Below are positions 1 to 9,346 of a stretch of 64,000 nt of DNA, one piece after another. The translations under genes and the position numbers were made by a program. Source of the stretch: Candidatus Zixiibacteriota bacterium (GTDB taxonomy: Bacteria; Zixibacteria; MSB-5A5; GN15; FEB-12); NCBI GenBank assembly GCA_020351995.1, contig CP070674.1, positions 1,313,852 to 1,377,851 of the forward strand, in the 5' to 3' direction. The notes under the pieces are model-generated. The model did not search any database. It had not been told where the DNA came from and was given only the letters and a program-made list of their open reading frames with translations. Position 1 is the first letter of the stretch. Each line of letters starts with the position of its first letter.

Positions 1-523
1 CCATTAGCAGGAAAGCACTGGCAAAAGCTCCCATAATGAAGTACTTAATCCCCGCTTCGTTCGATTCCAGCGACCGGCGAGCCATGCCGGCCATGATGTA
101 AAGCGGGACCGACATTACCTCGAGTCCAAGGAAGATTACGACCAGGTCGGTGGAGTTGGCCATGACCATCATGCCGACAGTGGCAATCAGAAGCAGGCCG
201 TAGTACTCGGGACGGTTTATACCCTTCACAACCAGGTAGCGATAACCCATGAACAACGCGATTGCGGACGTCAGGATAAAAATGTGCTTGAAGGCGACGC
301 CGAAATTGTCACAACTGACCATCCCAAAAAATCCGGACTGCTGACTGCCCCACTGTCCGGCGGCGAATATAGCCGCGGCGAGAAGGCCGGCGAACGCAAT
401 AAACGGTGCGAATCTTGTCGGACCCCTGAAGAAAGGCATGACGAATATTACAAACGAGGCTACCAGGAGAGCCAATTCCGGATAGATGATACTAAGATCT
501 ATTGTTGCTGACGTAATGTCCAT
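1..523 (-). CDS. nuoN: NADH-quinone oxidoreductase subunit N, 5' part (runs off left edge)
   Basis: Not in the ORF track. Manual translation from ATG at 523: MDITSATIDLSIIYPELALL...RPEYYGLLLIATVGMMVMANSTDLVVIFLGLEVMSVPLYIMAG...SNEAGIKYFIMGAFASAFLL, typical NuoN motifs; last gene of the nuo run. Confidence 0.95.
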   Translation of the reverse strand, partial: MDITSATIDLSIIYPELALLVASFVIFVMPFFRGPTRFAPFIAFAGLLAAAIFAAGQWGSQQSGFFGMVSCDNFGVAFKHIFILTSAIALFMGYRYLVVKGINRPEYYGLLLIATVGMMVMANSTDLVVIFLGLEVMSVPLYIMAGMARRSLESNEAGIKYFIMGAFASAFLLM

Positions 524-542
524 TGTGTTGTCCAGTTCGTTC

Positions 543-558
543 TGCGGCGACCGCCGCA
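543..558 (-). promoter_or_regulatory. Candidate SECIS hairpin for the glutaredoxin-like selenoprotein
   Basis: Minus strand reads TGCGGC-GGTC-GCCGCA (6-bp stem, loop starting with G), beginning 16 nt after the in-frame TGA at 575-577. Confidence 0.65.
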
Positions 559-565
559 CATAACA

Positions 566-784
566 CTAAAACCCTCAACCTCCGCCGAAACCGGCCTGTA
601 CTTTGCCATTCTCGACGATAACCGGTACAATTCTCTGTCCCCCGGTAAGTTCGATGACCTTTTCTTTGGCGCCGGGAGTGGAGATGTCTATCTCCGTGAA
701 GGCTATACCCTGATCAGCGTAATGCTGCATGGCGGCTGCGCAATAAGGACATCCTTCTTTTGTATAGATGGTGACATCACTCAT
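566..784 (-). CDS. Uxx-star-type glutaredoxin-like selenoprotein (72 aa with Sec)
   Basis: ATG at 784 with GGAGGAG RBS, overlapping the nuoM stop; CPYC motif and IVPVIV cis-Pro motif; ends GGT TTC GGC GGA GGT TGA GGG TTT TAG = GFGGG-U-GF-stop, followed by a hairpin. Confidence 0.85.
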
Positions 785-2369
785 CGGACTGCTCCTCCGT
801 ATCAAATGAAAGTTCATTATTCCCAACTTCAACGGTGGTCAGTTTCTCCTCTACCCGATAATCGTCATCGAGCCTCACGGCCTCGGCCCTTTCCATCTGC
901 TCAACGACGAGGTTCACCGACGGCTTGAGAATCTCGAAGAGCGGCTTGGGGTAGACGCCGATCCAGAAAACGAGCAATACCAGCGGAACCAGTATAACCT
1001 TTTCGCGCCAGCTGAGATCAAGCAGTTTCTTATTTTCGTCGTTCGTGACCTTGCCGAAGAACACACGCTGGTACATCCAGAGCATATAGCACGCGGCAAA
1101 CACGACTCCGGTAGCACCGATTATACCATAAACGTTGTTCTTATGGAAAGCGCCGAGCAGTATAAGGAATTCTCCCACAAAGCCGTTGGTGAACGGCAAC
1201 CCAATCGATGACAGTGTTATGATCATAAAGAAGGCTGCGTAGGCGGGCATGACCCTGGCGATACCTCCAAAATCTTCTATCAGGCGGGTGTGTCGTCTCT
1301 CATATAACATACCCACCAGTAAGAACAGGCCACCGGTGGAAATGCCGTGGTTTATCATCTGAATAATTGATCCCTGTATACCCTGTGTGTTCAGGGCAAA
1401 CATGCCCAGCATGACAAAGCCCATATGTGAAACCGAAGAAAACGCGACCAGCGATTTCACGTCTCTCTGCACCATGGCCACCAGCGCGCCATATATAATA
1501 GCAATCAGCGACAGTATACATATGTAGGGCAGATAAGTGATGGTTGCATCCGGGAAGAGAGGCAGACATATGCGAATGAAACCATAGGTTCCCATTTTCA
1601 GCAGAACCCCGGCCAGGATGACGGAACCAGCCGTAGGCGCCTGCACGTGAGCGTCGGGAAGCCACGTGTGGAACGGGAACAAGGGTACTTTTATGGCAAA
1701 AGCAAGAGCGAAGGCTCCGAACAACCAGAGCTGAGCCTGATACGAAAGCGGCAACTCACCGATAATCTTGAGCATGTCAAAGGAGAACACGCCGGAATAT
1801 TTCTGGTACTCGAAGAGAATGTAGATGATACCGACCAGCATCAGCAGCGAGCCGAACATAGTAAACAGAACGAACTTGATAGCCGCGTAGATCTTTCGCG
1901 GGCCGCCCCAGAGCCCGATGATGAAATACATCGGCACCAGCATCACTTCCCAGAAGACATAGAACATAAACAGGTCAAGGGCGCAGAAGACACCGATCAT
2001 ACCGGTTTCGAGCAGCAGCATGGAGATATAATAGCCTTTGACGCCGGTCTTTATAGAGTTCCACGAAGCCAGAATAGACAGGAAAGTCAGAATCGTGGTG
2101 AGCATAATAAGAAGCAGGGAGATACCGTCCACCCCCATATGATAGCTAATTCCCAGCGAGGTTATCCACGGTATATTTACCTCCATCTGCATCCCGTTGC
2201 CCAGCGGATCAAACATGTAGTAAAGCCAGGTCGAGAACAGGAATGTCACGAAGGATATAATTAAGGCGAAACCTTTTATACTGTCATGCCTGTCCCGTGG
2301 CAGGATGGTCAGCAGTACCACACCTACGAGAGGAAAGAATGTCACCAGTGTCAAAATCTCTTTTTCCAT
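777..2369 (-). CDS. nuoM: NADH-quinone oxidoreductase subunit M
   Basis: FWEVMLVPMY, AIKVPLFPFHTWLPDAHVQAPT, LLKMGTYG motifs; operon position. Confidence 0.97.
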   Translation of the reverse strand: MEKEILTLVTFFPLVGVVLLTILPRDRHDSIKGFALIISFVTFLFSTWLYYMFDPLGNGMQMEVNIPWITSLGISYHMGVDGISLLLIMLTTILTFLSILASWNSIKTGVKGYYISMLLLETGMIGVFCALDLFMFYVFWEVMLVPMYFIIGLWGGPRKIYAAIKFVLFTMFGSLLMLVGIIYILFEYQKYSGVFSFDMLKIIGELPLSYQAQLWLFGAFALAFAIKVPLFPFHTWLPDAHVQAPTAGSVILAGVLLKMGTYGFIRICLPLFPDATITYLPYICILSLIAIIYGALVAMVQRDVKSLVAFSSVSHMGFVMLGMFALNTQGIQGSIIQMINHGISTGGLFLLVGMLYERRHTRLIEDFGGIARVMPAYAAFFMIITLSSIGLPFTNGFVGEFLILLGAFHKNNVYGIIGATGVVFAACYMLWMYQRVFFGKVTNDENKKLLDLSWREKVILVPLVLLVFWIGVYPKPLFEILKPSVNLVVEQMERAEAVRLDDDYRVEEKLTTVEVGNNELSFDTEEQSDE

Positions 2370-2372
2370 ATT

Positions 2373-4310
2373 CTAATCCATCAGCATATAGGCCACAACA
2401 AGGACTACCCCAAAGATAAAAACGGTGGCATAGGTTCGCACTCGCCCGGTCTGACCGAAACGGAGGAACTCTGAGACTTCATGGTATCGCGATGCCAGCC
2501 CATTCAGAAAGCCGTCGATAACGACTACATCGAATACTTTCCATAAGAACAGTGACAGATACACAACAGGTCGAACCACAACAGCTCCGTAGAATTCGTC
2601 TACATAGTATTTGTTCAAGAGCGTCCTGTGCAGTCCCGAAAATCTTTCTCTAAGGGAAGTGGCAAGTTCGGTGCGCTTCTTATAAAGCAAGTGCGCAAAG
2701 TAAATGGAAACCGCCACCAGGACCACCGACAGCAACATGAGAGTCCACTCCATTCCCGTATCGCCACCGCCGGCCGCCAGGACATGGGATTCGGCGGCGC
2801 CCGCACTCGTCGCCATAACCGGTTCGAGCCAGTGCTCGAATTGATTGGTGACACCGAATATATGCGGAATTCCCACGAAGCCGCCGATGACCGAGAACAC
2901 GGCCAGAATGATTAGCGGTATTGTCATAGTCTTCGGAGACTCGTGAATGTGAGTTCGGGTTTTGTCGTCCATGCGTTCCTTGCCATAGAAAGTCATAAAG
3001 ACCAGCCGGAACATATAGAATGCCGTTAGACCGGCTGTCACGAATCCCAGAATCCAGAACAGGGGGTGACCAAAGTCAGAGGAAAAGGACTTCCAGAGAA
3101 TCTCGTCCTTGGAAAAGAAGCCGGATAGAGGCGGAATTCCAGCTATAGCCAGAGTGGCAATAAACATGGTTGAAAACGTGATGGGCAGGTATTTTTTAAG
3201 GCCACCCATGTTGCGCATATCCTGCTCATCGGACATGGCGTGTATAACCGAGCCGGCACCGAGAAACAGCAGGGCTTTGAAGAAGGCATGCGTCATGAGA
3301 TGGAAAATGCCGGCCGCAAAGGAGGCCACACCACAGGCAAGAAACATATAACCGAGCTGACTTACAGTCGAATACGCCAGGACACGTTTGATGTCATTCT
3401 GAGCCAACCCAATTGTAGCGGCAAAAAAGGCCGTAACCACACCTATAATGGCAACGACCAGTAAAGCATCGGGTGTCAGAATGAACAGCGCGTTGGTTCG
3501 GGCAACCATATAGACACCAGCGGTAACCATCGTCGCGGCATGAATCAGGGCCGATACCGGGGTCGGGCCTTCCATCGCATCGGGAAGCCACACATACAGG
3601 GGAATCTGCGCGGACTTTCCCACAGCACCCACAAAAAGCAAGATGCAGGTAGTCGTTATCAGCGCTCCACCGTAAGTAAATACCTCGGGGGCCTTCTCAG
3701 AGACAGTGAGGAAATCCAGCGATCCGACAGTCCAGAAGACAAGAAACATACCGAGAAGGAATCCGAAATCTCCGATGCGGTTGACGATGAAGGCCTTTTT
3801 GCCAGCATCGGAGGCGGATTTCTTTTCGAACCAAAAACCTATCAGCAGATACGAACACAACCCGACGCCTTCCCAGCCCACGAACATAAGAAGGAAGTTG
3901 TCAGCCAGGACCAGGGTCAGCATGGCAAAAGTAAACAGATTCAGATAAGTAAAGTAGCGACCGTATCCCGGGTCATTGTGCATGTACCCAACGGAATAGA
4001 CATGAATGAGAAAACCCACCCCGCTAACGACAAGGATCATCACTGCCGACAACGGGTCAAGCAACAGGCCGATGTTGACATGGAACGAGCCTGATGGAAT
4101 CCAGGTGAAAAGAACCTGCTCAATCACTCTCAAACCCGCAGGCATGGCCTTGAGCTCGAAAAAGACCATAACGGACAGGGCAAACGAGAGAAAGACGGTC
4201 GAACAGCCAACGAAAGATATTACCGGTTTTGGGAGACGACCGATGAGCAGGCCATTGGTTATAAACCCGATCAGCGGAAAGAGTGGAATGAGAAACAGAT
4301 AGTCAGACAT
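2373..4310 (-). CDS. nuoL: NADH-quinone oxidoreductase subunit L
   Basis: GWEGVGLCSYLLIGFW, GKSAQIPLYVWLPDAMEGPTPVSALIHAATMVTAG. Confidence 0.97.
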   Translation of the reverse strand: MSDYLFLIPLFPLIGFITNGLLIGRLPKPVISFVGCSTVFLSFALSVMVFFELKAMPAGLRVIEQVLFTWIPSGSFHVNIGLLLDPLSAVMILVVSGVGFLIHVYSVGYMHNDPGYGRYFTYLNLFTFAMLTLVLADNFLLMFVGWEGVGLCSYLLIGFWFEKKSASDAGKKAFIVNRIGDFGFLLGMFLVFWTVGSLDFLTVSEKAPEVFTYGGALITTTCILLFVGAVGKSAQIPLYVWLPDAMEGPTPVSALIHAATMVTAGVYMVARTNALFILTPDALLVVAIIGVVTAFFAATIGLAQNDIKRVLAYSTVSQLGYMFLACGVASFAAGIFHLMTHAFFKALLFLGAGSVIHAMSDEQDMRNMGGLKKYLPITFSTMFIATLAIAGIPPLSGFFSKDEILWKSFSSDFGHPLFWILGFVTAGLTAFYMFRLVFMTFYGKERMDDKTRTHIHESPKTMTIPLIILAVFSVIGGFVGIPHIFGVTNQFEHWLEPVMATSAGAAESHVLAAGGGDTGMEWTLMLLSVVLVAVSIYFAHLLYKKRTELATSLRERFSGLHRTLLNKYYVDEFYGAVVVRPVVYLSLFLWKVFDVVVIDGFLNGLASRYHEVSEFLRFGQTGRVRTYATVFIFGVVLVVAYMLMD

Positions 4311-4333
4311 CGCTTTAATTATTTCCTCTCAGG

Positions 4334-4636
4334 CTACCATTTGAGCAGATCGTACCGATCGATATTAATCGTTTCTCGATTGCGGAAAAGCGTAATGACC
4401 ATCGCAAGGCCGACGGCCGCTTCCGCCGCCGCAATCGTTAGAACCAAAAACACAAAAACGTGACCATCGAGAACATTCATAGCGCGCGAGAAAGCGATCA
4501 GAGTCAAGTTGGCCGCGTTCAGCATGAGCTCAACCGACATGAAGAGGATAATTAGATTCCTGGATATAAGCACTCCGATGGTTCCGATTCCGAACAAGAC
4601 AATTGCCACTATTACATAAGCCGATAGCGTAATCAT
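4334..4636 (-). CDS. nuoK: NADH-quinone oxidoreductase subunit K
   Basis: 100 aa, MSVELMLNAANL and AAAEAAVGLA motifs. Confidence 0.97.
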   Translation of the reverse strand: MITLSAYVIVAIVLFGIGTIGVLISRNLIILFMSVELMLNAANLTLIAFSRAMNVLDGHVFVFLVLTIAAAEAAVGLAMVITLFRNRETINIDRYDLLKW

Positions 4637-5232
4637 TGTTCTCCCCCAGTTTCCTGCTCAATGTCGGGCGCCTGGGAATCCGGCGCCGAGCCGATCCTAA
4701 GTGAATCACCTCTCTGGGAATCCCTGGTCATGACCACCGCCCCGACAATCGCCGCCAGCAGGAGTATACCGGCCAGTTCAAAAGGATACACATACTTGGT
4801 GAACAGCAGGGTTGCCACTGCTTTCACCGAACCGAAATCTTCAGCCACCGTGGTCATCATACCGATAGGTGACTCGGACCGGATAAAACCAGTTTTTACG
4901 ACCGCGATGAGCTCGAAAACGAACAGAATAGAAAGTACAAACTTAGTAAAACGGCTAATCGGTTGCGAACCATGACCGAGATCCTCCGTCCCGCGCAGGT
5001 TCAACAGCATAATCACGAACAGGAAAAGGACCAGAATAGCGCCGGAATAGACGATGATCAGAATAGCCCCCAGGAAGAGGGCGCCCAACTGGACATAAAG
5101 AACAGCCTGAGCTACCAGAGACAGAATCAGATACATCACCGAGAGCACCGGGTTACGCTGAGCAATCATCATGGTGCCCCCGAAAACGGCCACGACGGCC
5201 GAAATTATGAATATCAAGGTATCAAGATTCAT
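4633..5232 (-). CDS. nuoJ: NADH-quinone oxidoreductase subunit J
   Basis: IIVYSGAILVLFLFVIMLL and YPFELAGILLLAAIVGAVV. Confidence 0.96.
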   Translation of the reverse strand: MNLDTLIFIISAVVAVFGGTMMIAQRNPVLSVMYLILSLVAQAVLYVQLGALFLGAILIIVYSGAILVLFLFVIMLLNLRGTEDLGHGSQPISRFTKFVLSILFVFELIAVVKTGFIRSESPIGMMTTVAEDFGSVKAVATLLFTKYVYPFELAGILLLAAIVGAVVMTRDSQRGDSLRIGSAPDSQAPDIEQETGGEQ

Positions 5233-5735
5233 TTCGATTTATCCGTCACTCCGTAGACTCGTCTCACTCTCCGATAGATTCGTTTCAAGGGATTATCTTT
5301 GCGCGGGTGCGGCACGAGCATATCATCTTTTCCGACGATGAACGAATTGCGGTTATCCTCCGAGAATTCGTAAACCTGTCCCAGGAAGATGGCTTCTTCA
5401 GGGCAGGCTTCTTCACAGAACCCACAAAAGATGCACCTGAGCAAATTAATCTCATACATTTTCGCTCGTCGTTCACCCTTCTCATTTTCCTCCGGTTCCA
5501 TGTAGATAGCATCAGCGGGGCAGGCGGCAGCGCACAGACCACAGCACACGCAGCGCTCGGTGCCATCGTCATACCGCTCGAGATAGTGTTTCCCCCGATA
5601 GCGAGCCGTCATGGGATTCTTCTTACGGGGATAGTCGAGCGTTATCGGCTTCTTAAACAGATGCTTGAACGTGACCACGAATCCCTTGGGCATTTTCAGA
5701 AAAATATTGCCGACCGCTTTGAGTACTTCATTCAT
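5229..5735 (-). CDS. nuoI: NADH-quinone oxidoreductase subunit I
   Basis: RYRGKH plus two 4Fe-4S motifs, CVCCGLCAAACP and CIFCGFCEEACP. Confidence 0.97.
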   Translation of the reverse strand: MNEVLKAVGNIFLKMPKGFVVTFKHLFKKPITLDYPRKKNPMTARYRGKHYLERYDDGTERCVCCGLCAAACPADAIYMEPEENEKGERRAKMYEINLLRCIFCGFCEEACPEEAIFLGQVYEFSEDNRNSFIVGKDDMLVPHPRKDNPLKRIYRRVRRVYGVTDKSK

Positions 5736-5746
5736 ATCCAGTTACC

Positions 5747-6781
5747 TCAAAACCACCCCATAACTACGAACAATCCGGTTACCATTGTATTTAAAAGCGC
5801 CAGAGGCAGCAACACTTTCCATCCAAAATTCATCAACTGGTCGTATCTGAAGCGCGGCAGCGTGCCTCTCAGCCAGATATACACGAACATAAACACGAAC
5901 ACCTTCAAGGCAAGCCAGAAGATTCCGATAAATGGTATTTCATTAACAAAGGGACCCTGCCATCCGCCGCAGAACAGGGTCGCGCCAACGGCGGACACGG
6001 CGATCATATTGGCATACTCGCCGATGAAGAACATGGCGAAGCGCATTGAGGAGTATTCGGTGTGATACCCGGCTACGAGTTCCGACTCGGCCTCGGGCAG
6101 GTCAAACGGGAGCCGATTGGTTTCCGCTATGGCGCACGTCACGTACAGGAGACATCCAAGCGGTTGCTTGAAGATAAACCAGTTGGAAAAGAACCATATT
6201 GAGTCAGACGCCTGCTGCTCGACCAGTTCCCTGAGCGAAAGTGTATTCGCTATCAGCAGAACACCGATGATGGAGAGGCCGTAGCTTACCTCATAGGAAA
6301 TCATCTGGGCCGACGACCTGATGCCGCCCATTAAAGAGTACTTGGATCCCGAAGACCATCCGGCAAGGACGATACCGTAAACTCCCAGTGAGGTTATGGC
6401 GAATACGAAGAGGATACCGATATTAAGGTCCGACAGAACCATTTTTACGTCGTAGCCAAAAACGGTATTGTCTTTTCCGAAAGGTACGACCGCAAAAGTC
6501 AGCAGCGCGGGAATGAAAGAAACCAGTGGGGCCAGGGCGAAAGTAGCTCTTTCGACCTTATCCGGCACGATATCCTCTTTGAACATGAGCTTGACCGCGT
6601 CGGCAATGGGTTGCAGAAGGCCATAGGGGCCTGCGTACGAAGGTCCGATACGGTGTTGCAGATGGCCGACTACTTTGCGCTCCATGTAGGTCGCGTAGGC
6701 ACAGCCAGTCAAAACTGCCGCCAAGACAAAGATCACTTTGATACCGGCTGCGATTATTATCTCGACCATGATATCACTCAT
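5747..6781 (-). CDS. nuoH: NADH-quinone oxidoreductase subunit H
   Basis: ERKVVGHLQHRIGP, GLLQPIADAVKL, AETNRLPFDLPEAESELVAGY. Confidence 0.97.
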   Translation of the reverse strand: MSDIMVEIIIAAGIKVIFVLAAVLTGCAYATYMERKVVGHLQHRIGPSYAGPYGLLQPIADAVKLMFKEDIVPDKVERATFALAPLVSFIPALLTFAVVPFGKDNTVFGYDVKMVLSDLNIGILFVFAITSLGVYGIVLAGWSSGSKYSLMGGIRSSAQMISYEVSYGLSIIGVLLIANTLSLRELVEQQASDSIWFFSNWFIFKQPLGCLLYVTCAIAETNRLPFDLPEAESELVAGYHTEYSSMRFAMFFIGEYANMIAVSAVGATLFCGGWQGPFVNEIPFIGIFWLALKVFVFMFVYIWLRGTLPRFRYDQLMNFGWKVLLPLALLNTMVTGLFVVMGWF

Positions 6782-9341
6782 CTACCTTCGATATCTTCAC
6801 CCTGTCCACTCGCTTCTTGCGCATCAGCAGAGAAGTAACGTTGGATGAAGAAAAGTTGCGCGGAACCAGCACGACATTGTTTTGCGTGTGCTCCGATATT
6901 CTGGCCGGCAAAATGACTTTGCCAACCTCAGACTCTACCCGCACTGAATCTCCATGAGCGATCTTAAGCTCCGACGCCAGTTGCGGCGGAATTTCAATAT
7001 AAGGTTCGCTGGCGAAGTTCGCAAGCGACGGGGCTTTCTCCGTAAGATGTCCTGAGTGATGCCAATCATCAATAATGTACAGTGGAAGATTATAGTCACC
7101 CTGACTGCCGTCAGTATCGGCCTTGACCTCGAGAAAATCATCCGGATAGGCAATCACGGAATCGAGTTCGAGCAACTGCCGCACTTCGCTGTGAATCTGC
7201 TGCTCGTTCTGGAACATCTCCGGGTCCAAAGCCTCGCCGATCAGGGAGGCAATTTCATAGCCGGGTTTGGCCTGACCGATTGGCTTAACCGCCCGAGCGG
7301 CCTTCTGGGTGCGACCTTCCAGATTCACGTAGTAGCCCTCATACTCGGCCCAACTGGCCAGGGGAAGAACCACGTCCGCCAGTTCCGTGGTCTCCGTTTC
7401 AAAGAGGTCTGCCACAACCAGGAAATCCAGCTTCTCGATGCCTTCCTTGACGAATTCACGGTCAGGGTAAAGCATCACAGGGTTGGAACCGAGTATCAGG
7501 AAGCCTTTAATTTCTTCTTTCTTTATCAGCGCCATCATAGCATCGGTATTGCGGGCCGGGGACTCGGGATATTCTCCCCACAGGCCTCTCAGCTTATCGA
7601 CGACAACAGTTCTCGGATTAGGCAACAGGCCCAGCTTTTCGGCGCCCTTGGAATTGGCATATCTTGCCAATGCCGACATCTGAGCTCTGCCTTTCAACCC
7701 GAATAATCTGTGGAGATTGATGAGAGCCGAAGCAATAAGATCCCGCTGCCGTGACCGGGTTATTATCTCGCCGGTGAAGAAAGTTATCTTCTTCCCTTCC
7801 GCGAGAGCCTCAGCTACGGTCCTCAGGCTCTCTCTATCCACTCCAGACACTTTGGCGGCTTCAGCGGAAGATTTCGTTGGCGTTTTAAGCTTGAACTTTT
7901 CTCCCCGTTTTGCATCCACAAGGTTATCTTCGATTGCGGCCAGACAGATTCCATTTACAACCGACTCTTCCGTCCCCGGCAGATAAACCAGCTCCAGCGA
8001 CGAGACATCAGCGGATTTCGTCTGGTAAGGGTTGACAGCGAATATACGGGCGTTTCCGAAATTAAACGCCTTTCTTATACGAAGGTACTCATTGGCGTGT
8101 TCTCTTATCAGATCCGAACCGAAAGTTACGATTACATCAGAGTCATCGATATCAGCAATCTTAAAGGGACGTGAACATAGTCTCATGAACGGGGATTCTG
8201 AGCTTTCCGGCAGGTATCGATAGTCACCACGGAAATCGATGTTGTTCGATTTGAAACCGACCCTCATAAGTCGTGACGCCGCGTGAAGACTGGCATTGTC
8301 GAGGCCCGGGGAAACCAGAGCTCCGACACATACTCCCCCGAGCCGTTCCTTGATTTCGCCGAACCGTTTCCCGATGATTTCAAGAGCCTCTTCCCAGGTT
8401 GCTTCAACCTGCTTGCCTTCTTTCTTCACCAGCGGTGTTGTGAGCCGGTCAGGCGAATTGACAATCTGGTAACCATAGCGAGTAACATCAGGCAGCCAGC
8501 CATCATCGATATCATCGCTGGGTCGGGAGGTCACCCGATATATTTTATTGTGATGATTCTCTTTGAAGAAGAGAGTGTTAATCCCTGAGCTGGTATAATT
8601 GCAGATCGACGGCGTAGTTGATGTCAGCCACACCCGTATTTTATAACGCCAGTCACTGTTGGTCAGGGCACCGACCGGGCAAATCTCGACCAGGTTTCCC
8701 GAGAAGGGGTTATCGACCTGTTCACCGGGGGCGGCGTTGATTTCGGCGATACTGCCCCGCTCATAAACTCCGAGGTCGTACTCACCAAAAGCCTCTTTAT
8801 TGGCACGAACACATTTGTAACACAGGATGCATCTATTACGATTCAAGATTATCTCCGGGCCAATGCGCCTGTCGTCGAAGGTCGTGGTCATTCCCTCATC
8901 GACAAAGCGATATTTCTGGAATTCGAAACGGCTGTCATCGACGCCATGAGCGAAGGTGAGATTCTGCAGATCACACTCACCGCCCTTATCGCAGGTTGGA
9001 CAGTCCAGAGGATGGTTGAGCAGAATGAATTCGATGATGGCTTTACGGCCTTGCTTGACCGTATCGGAATCCGTGTGGACCACCATTCCGTCCATTACCT
9101 CGAGCGCACACGACACCTGAAGCTTGGGCATTTTCTCGACCTCGACATAACACATGCGGCAAGCCCCAACCGGTTTCAGCTTGGGATGCCAGCAAAAAGT
9201 CGGTATGTGAACACCCAGTTCCTTAGCCGCCTGAAGGACAGTCGTTCCTTTCGGGACGGTTGTCTCTCGACCGTTGATCGTCAGAGTAACCATATTTTCG
9301 GCGGTCTCAGTCGGCATATCCTTTTTAGTAGCTTCGGCCAT
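6774..9341 (-). CDS. nuoG: NADH-quinone oxidoreductase subunit G
   Basis: 2Fe-2S motif (FCWHPKL..GACRMC), HPLDCPTCDKGGECDLQ, CILCYKC...ICPVGAL, and a long molybdopterin-oxidoreductase-like C-terminal region. Confidence 0.95.
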   Translation of the reverse strand: MAEATKKDMPTETAENMVTLTINGRETTVPKGTTVLQAAKELGVHIPTFCWHPKLKPVGACRMCYVEVEKMPKLQVSCALEVMDGMVVHTDSDTVKQGRKAIIEFILLNHPLDCPTCDKGGECDLQNLTFAHGVDDSRFEFQKYRFVDEGMTTTFDDRRIGPEIILNRNRCILCYKCVRANKEAFGEYDLGVYERGSIAEINAAPGEQVDNPFSGNLVEICPVGALTNSDWRYKIRVWLTSTTPSICNYTSSGINTLFFKENHHNKIYRVTSRPSDDIDDGWLPDVTRYGYQIVNSPDRLTTPLVKKEGKQVEATWEEALEIIGKRFGEIKERLGGVCVGALVSPGLDNASLHAASRLMRVGFKSNNIDFRGDYRYLPESSESPFMRLCSRPFKIADIDDSDVIVTFGSDLIREHANEYLRIRKAFNFGNARIFAVNPYQTKSADVSSLELVYLPGTEESVVNGICLAAIEDNLVDAKRGEKFKLKTPTKSSAEAAKVSGVDRESLRTVAEALAEGKKITFFTGEIITRSRQRDLIASALINLHRLFGLKGRAQMSALARYANSKGAEKLGLLPNPRTVVVDKLRGLWGEYPESPARNTDAMMALIKKEEIKGFLILGSNPVMLYPDREFVKEGIEKLDFLVVADLFETETTELADVVLPLASWAEYEGYYVNLEGRTQKAARAVKPIGQAKPGYEIASLIGEALDPEMFQNEQQIHSEVRQLLELDSVIAYPDDFLEVKADTDGSQGDYNLPLYIIDDWHHSGHLTEKAPSLANFASEPYIEIPPQLASELKIAHGDSVRVESEVGKVILPARISEHTQNNVVLVPRNFSSSNVTSLLMRKKRVDRVKISKVDE

Positions 9342-9346
9342 GCGTT

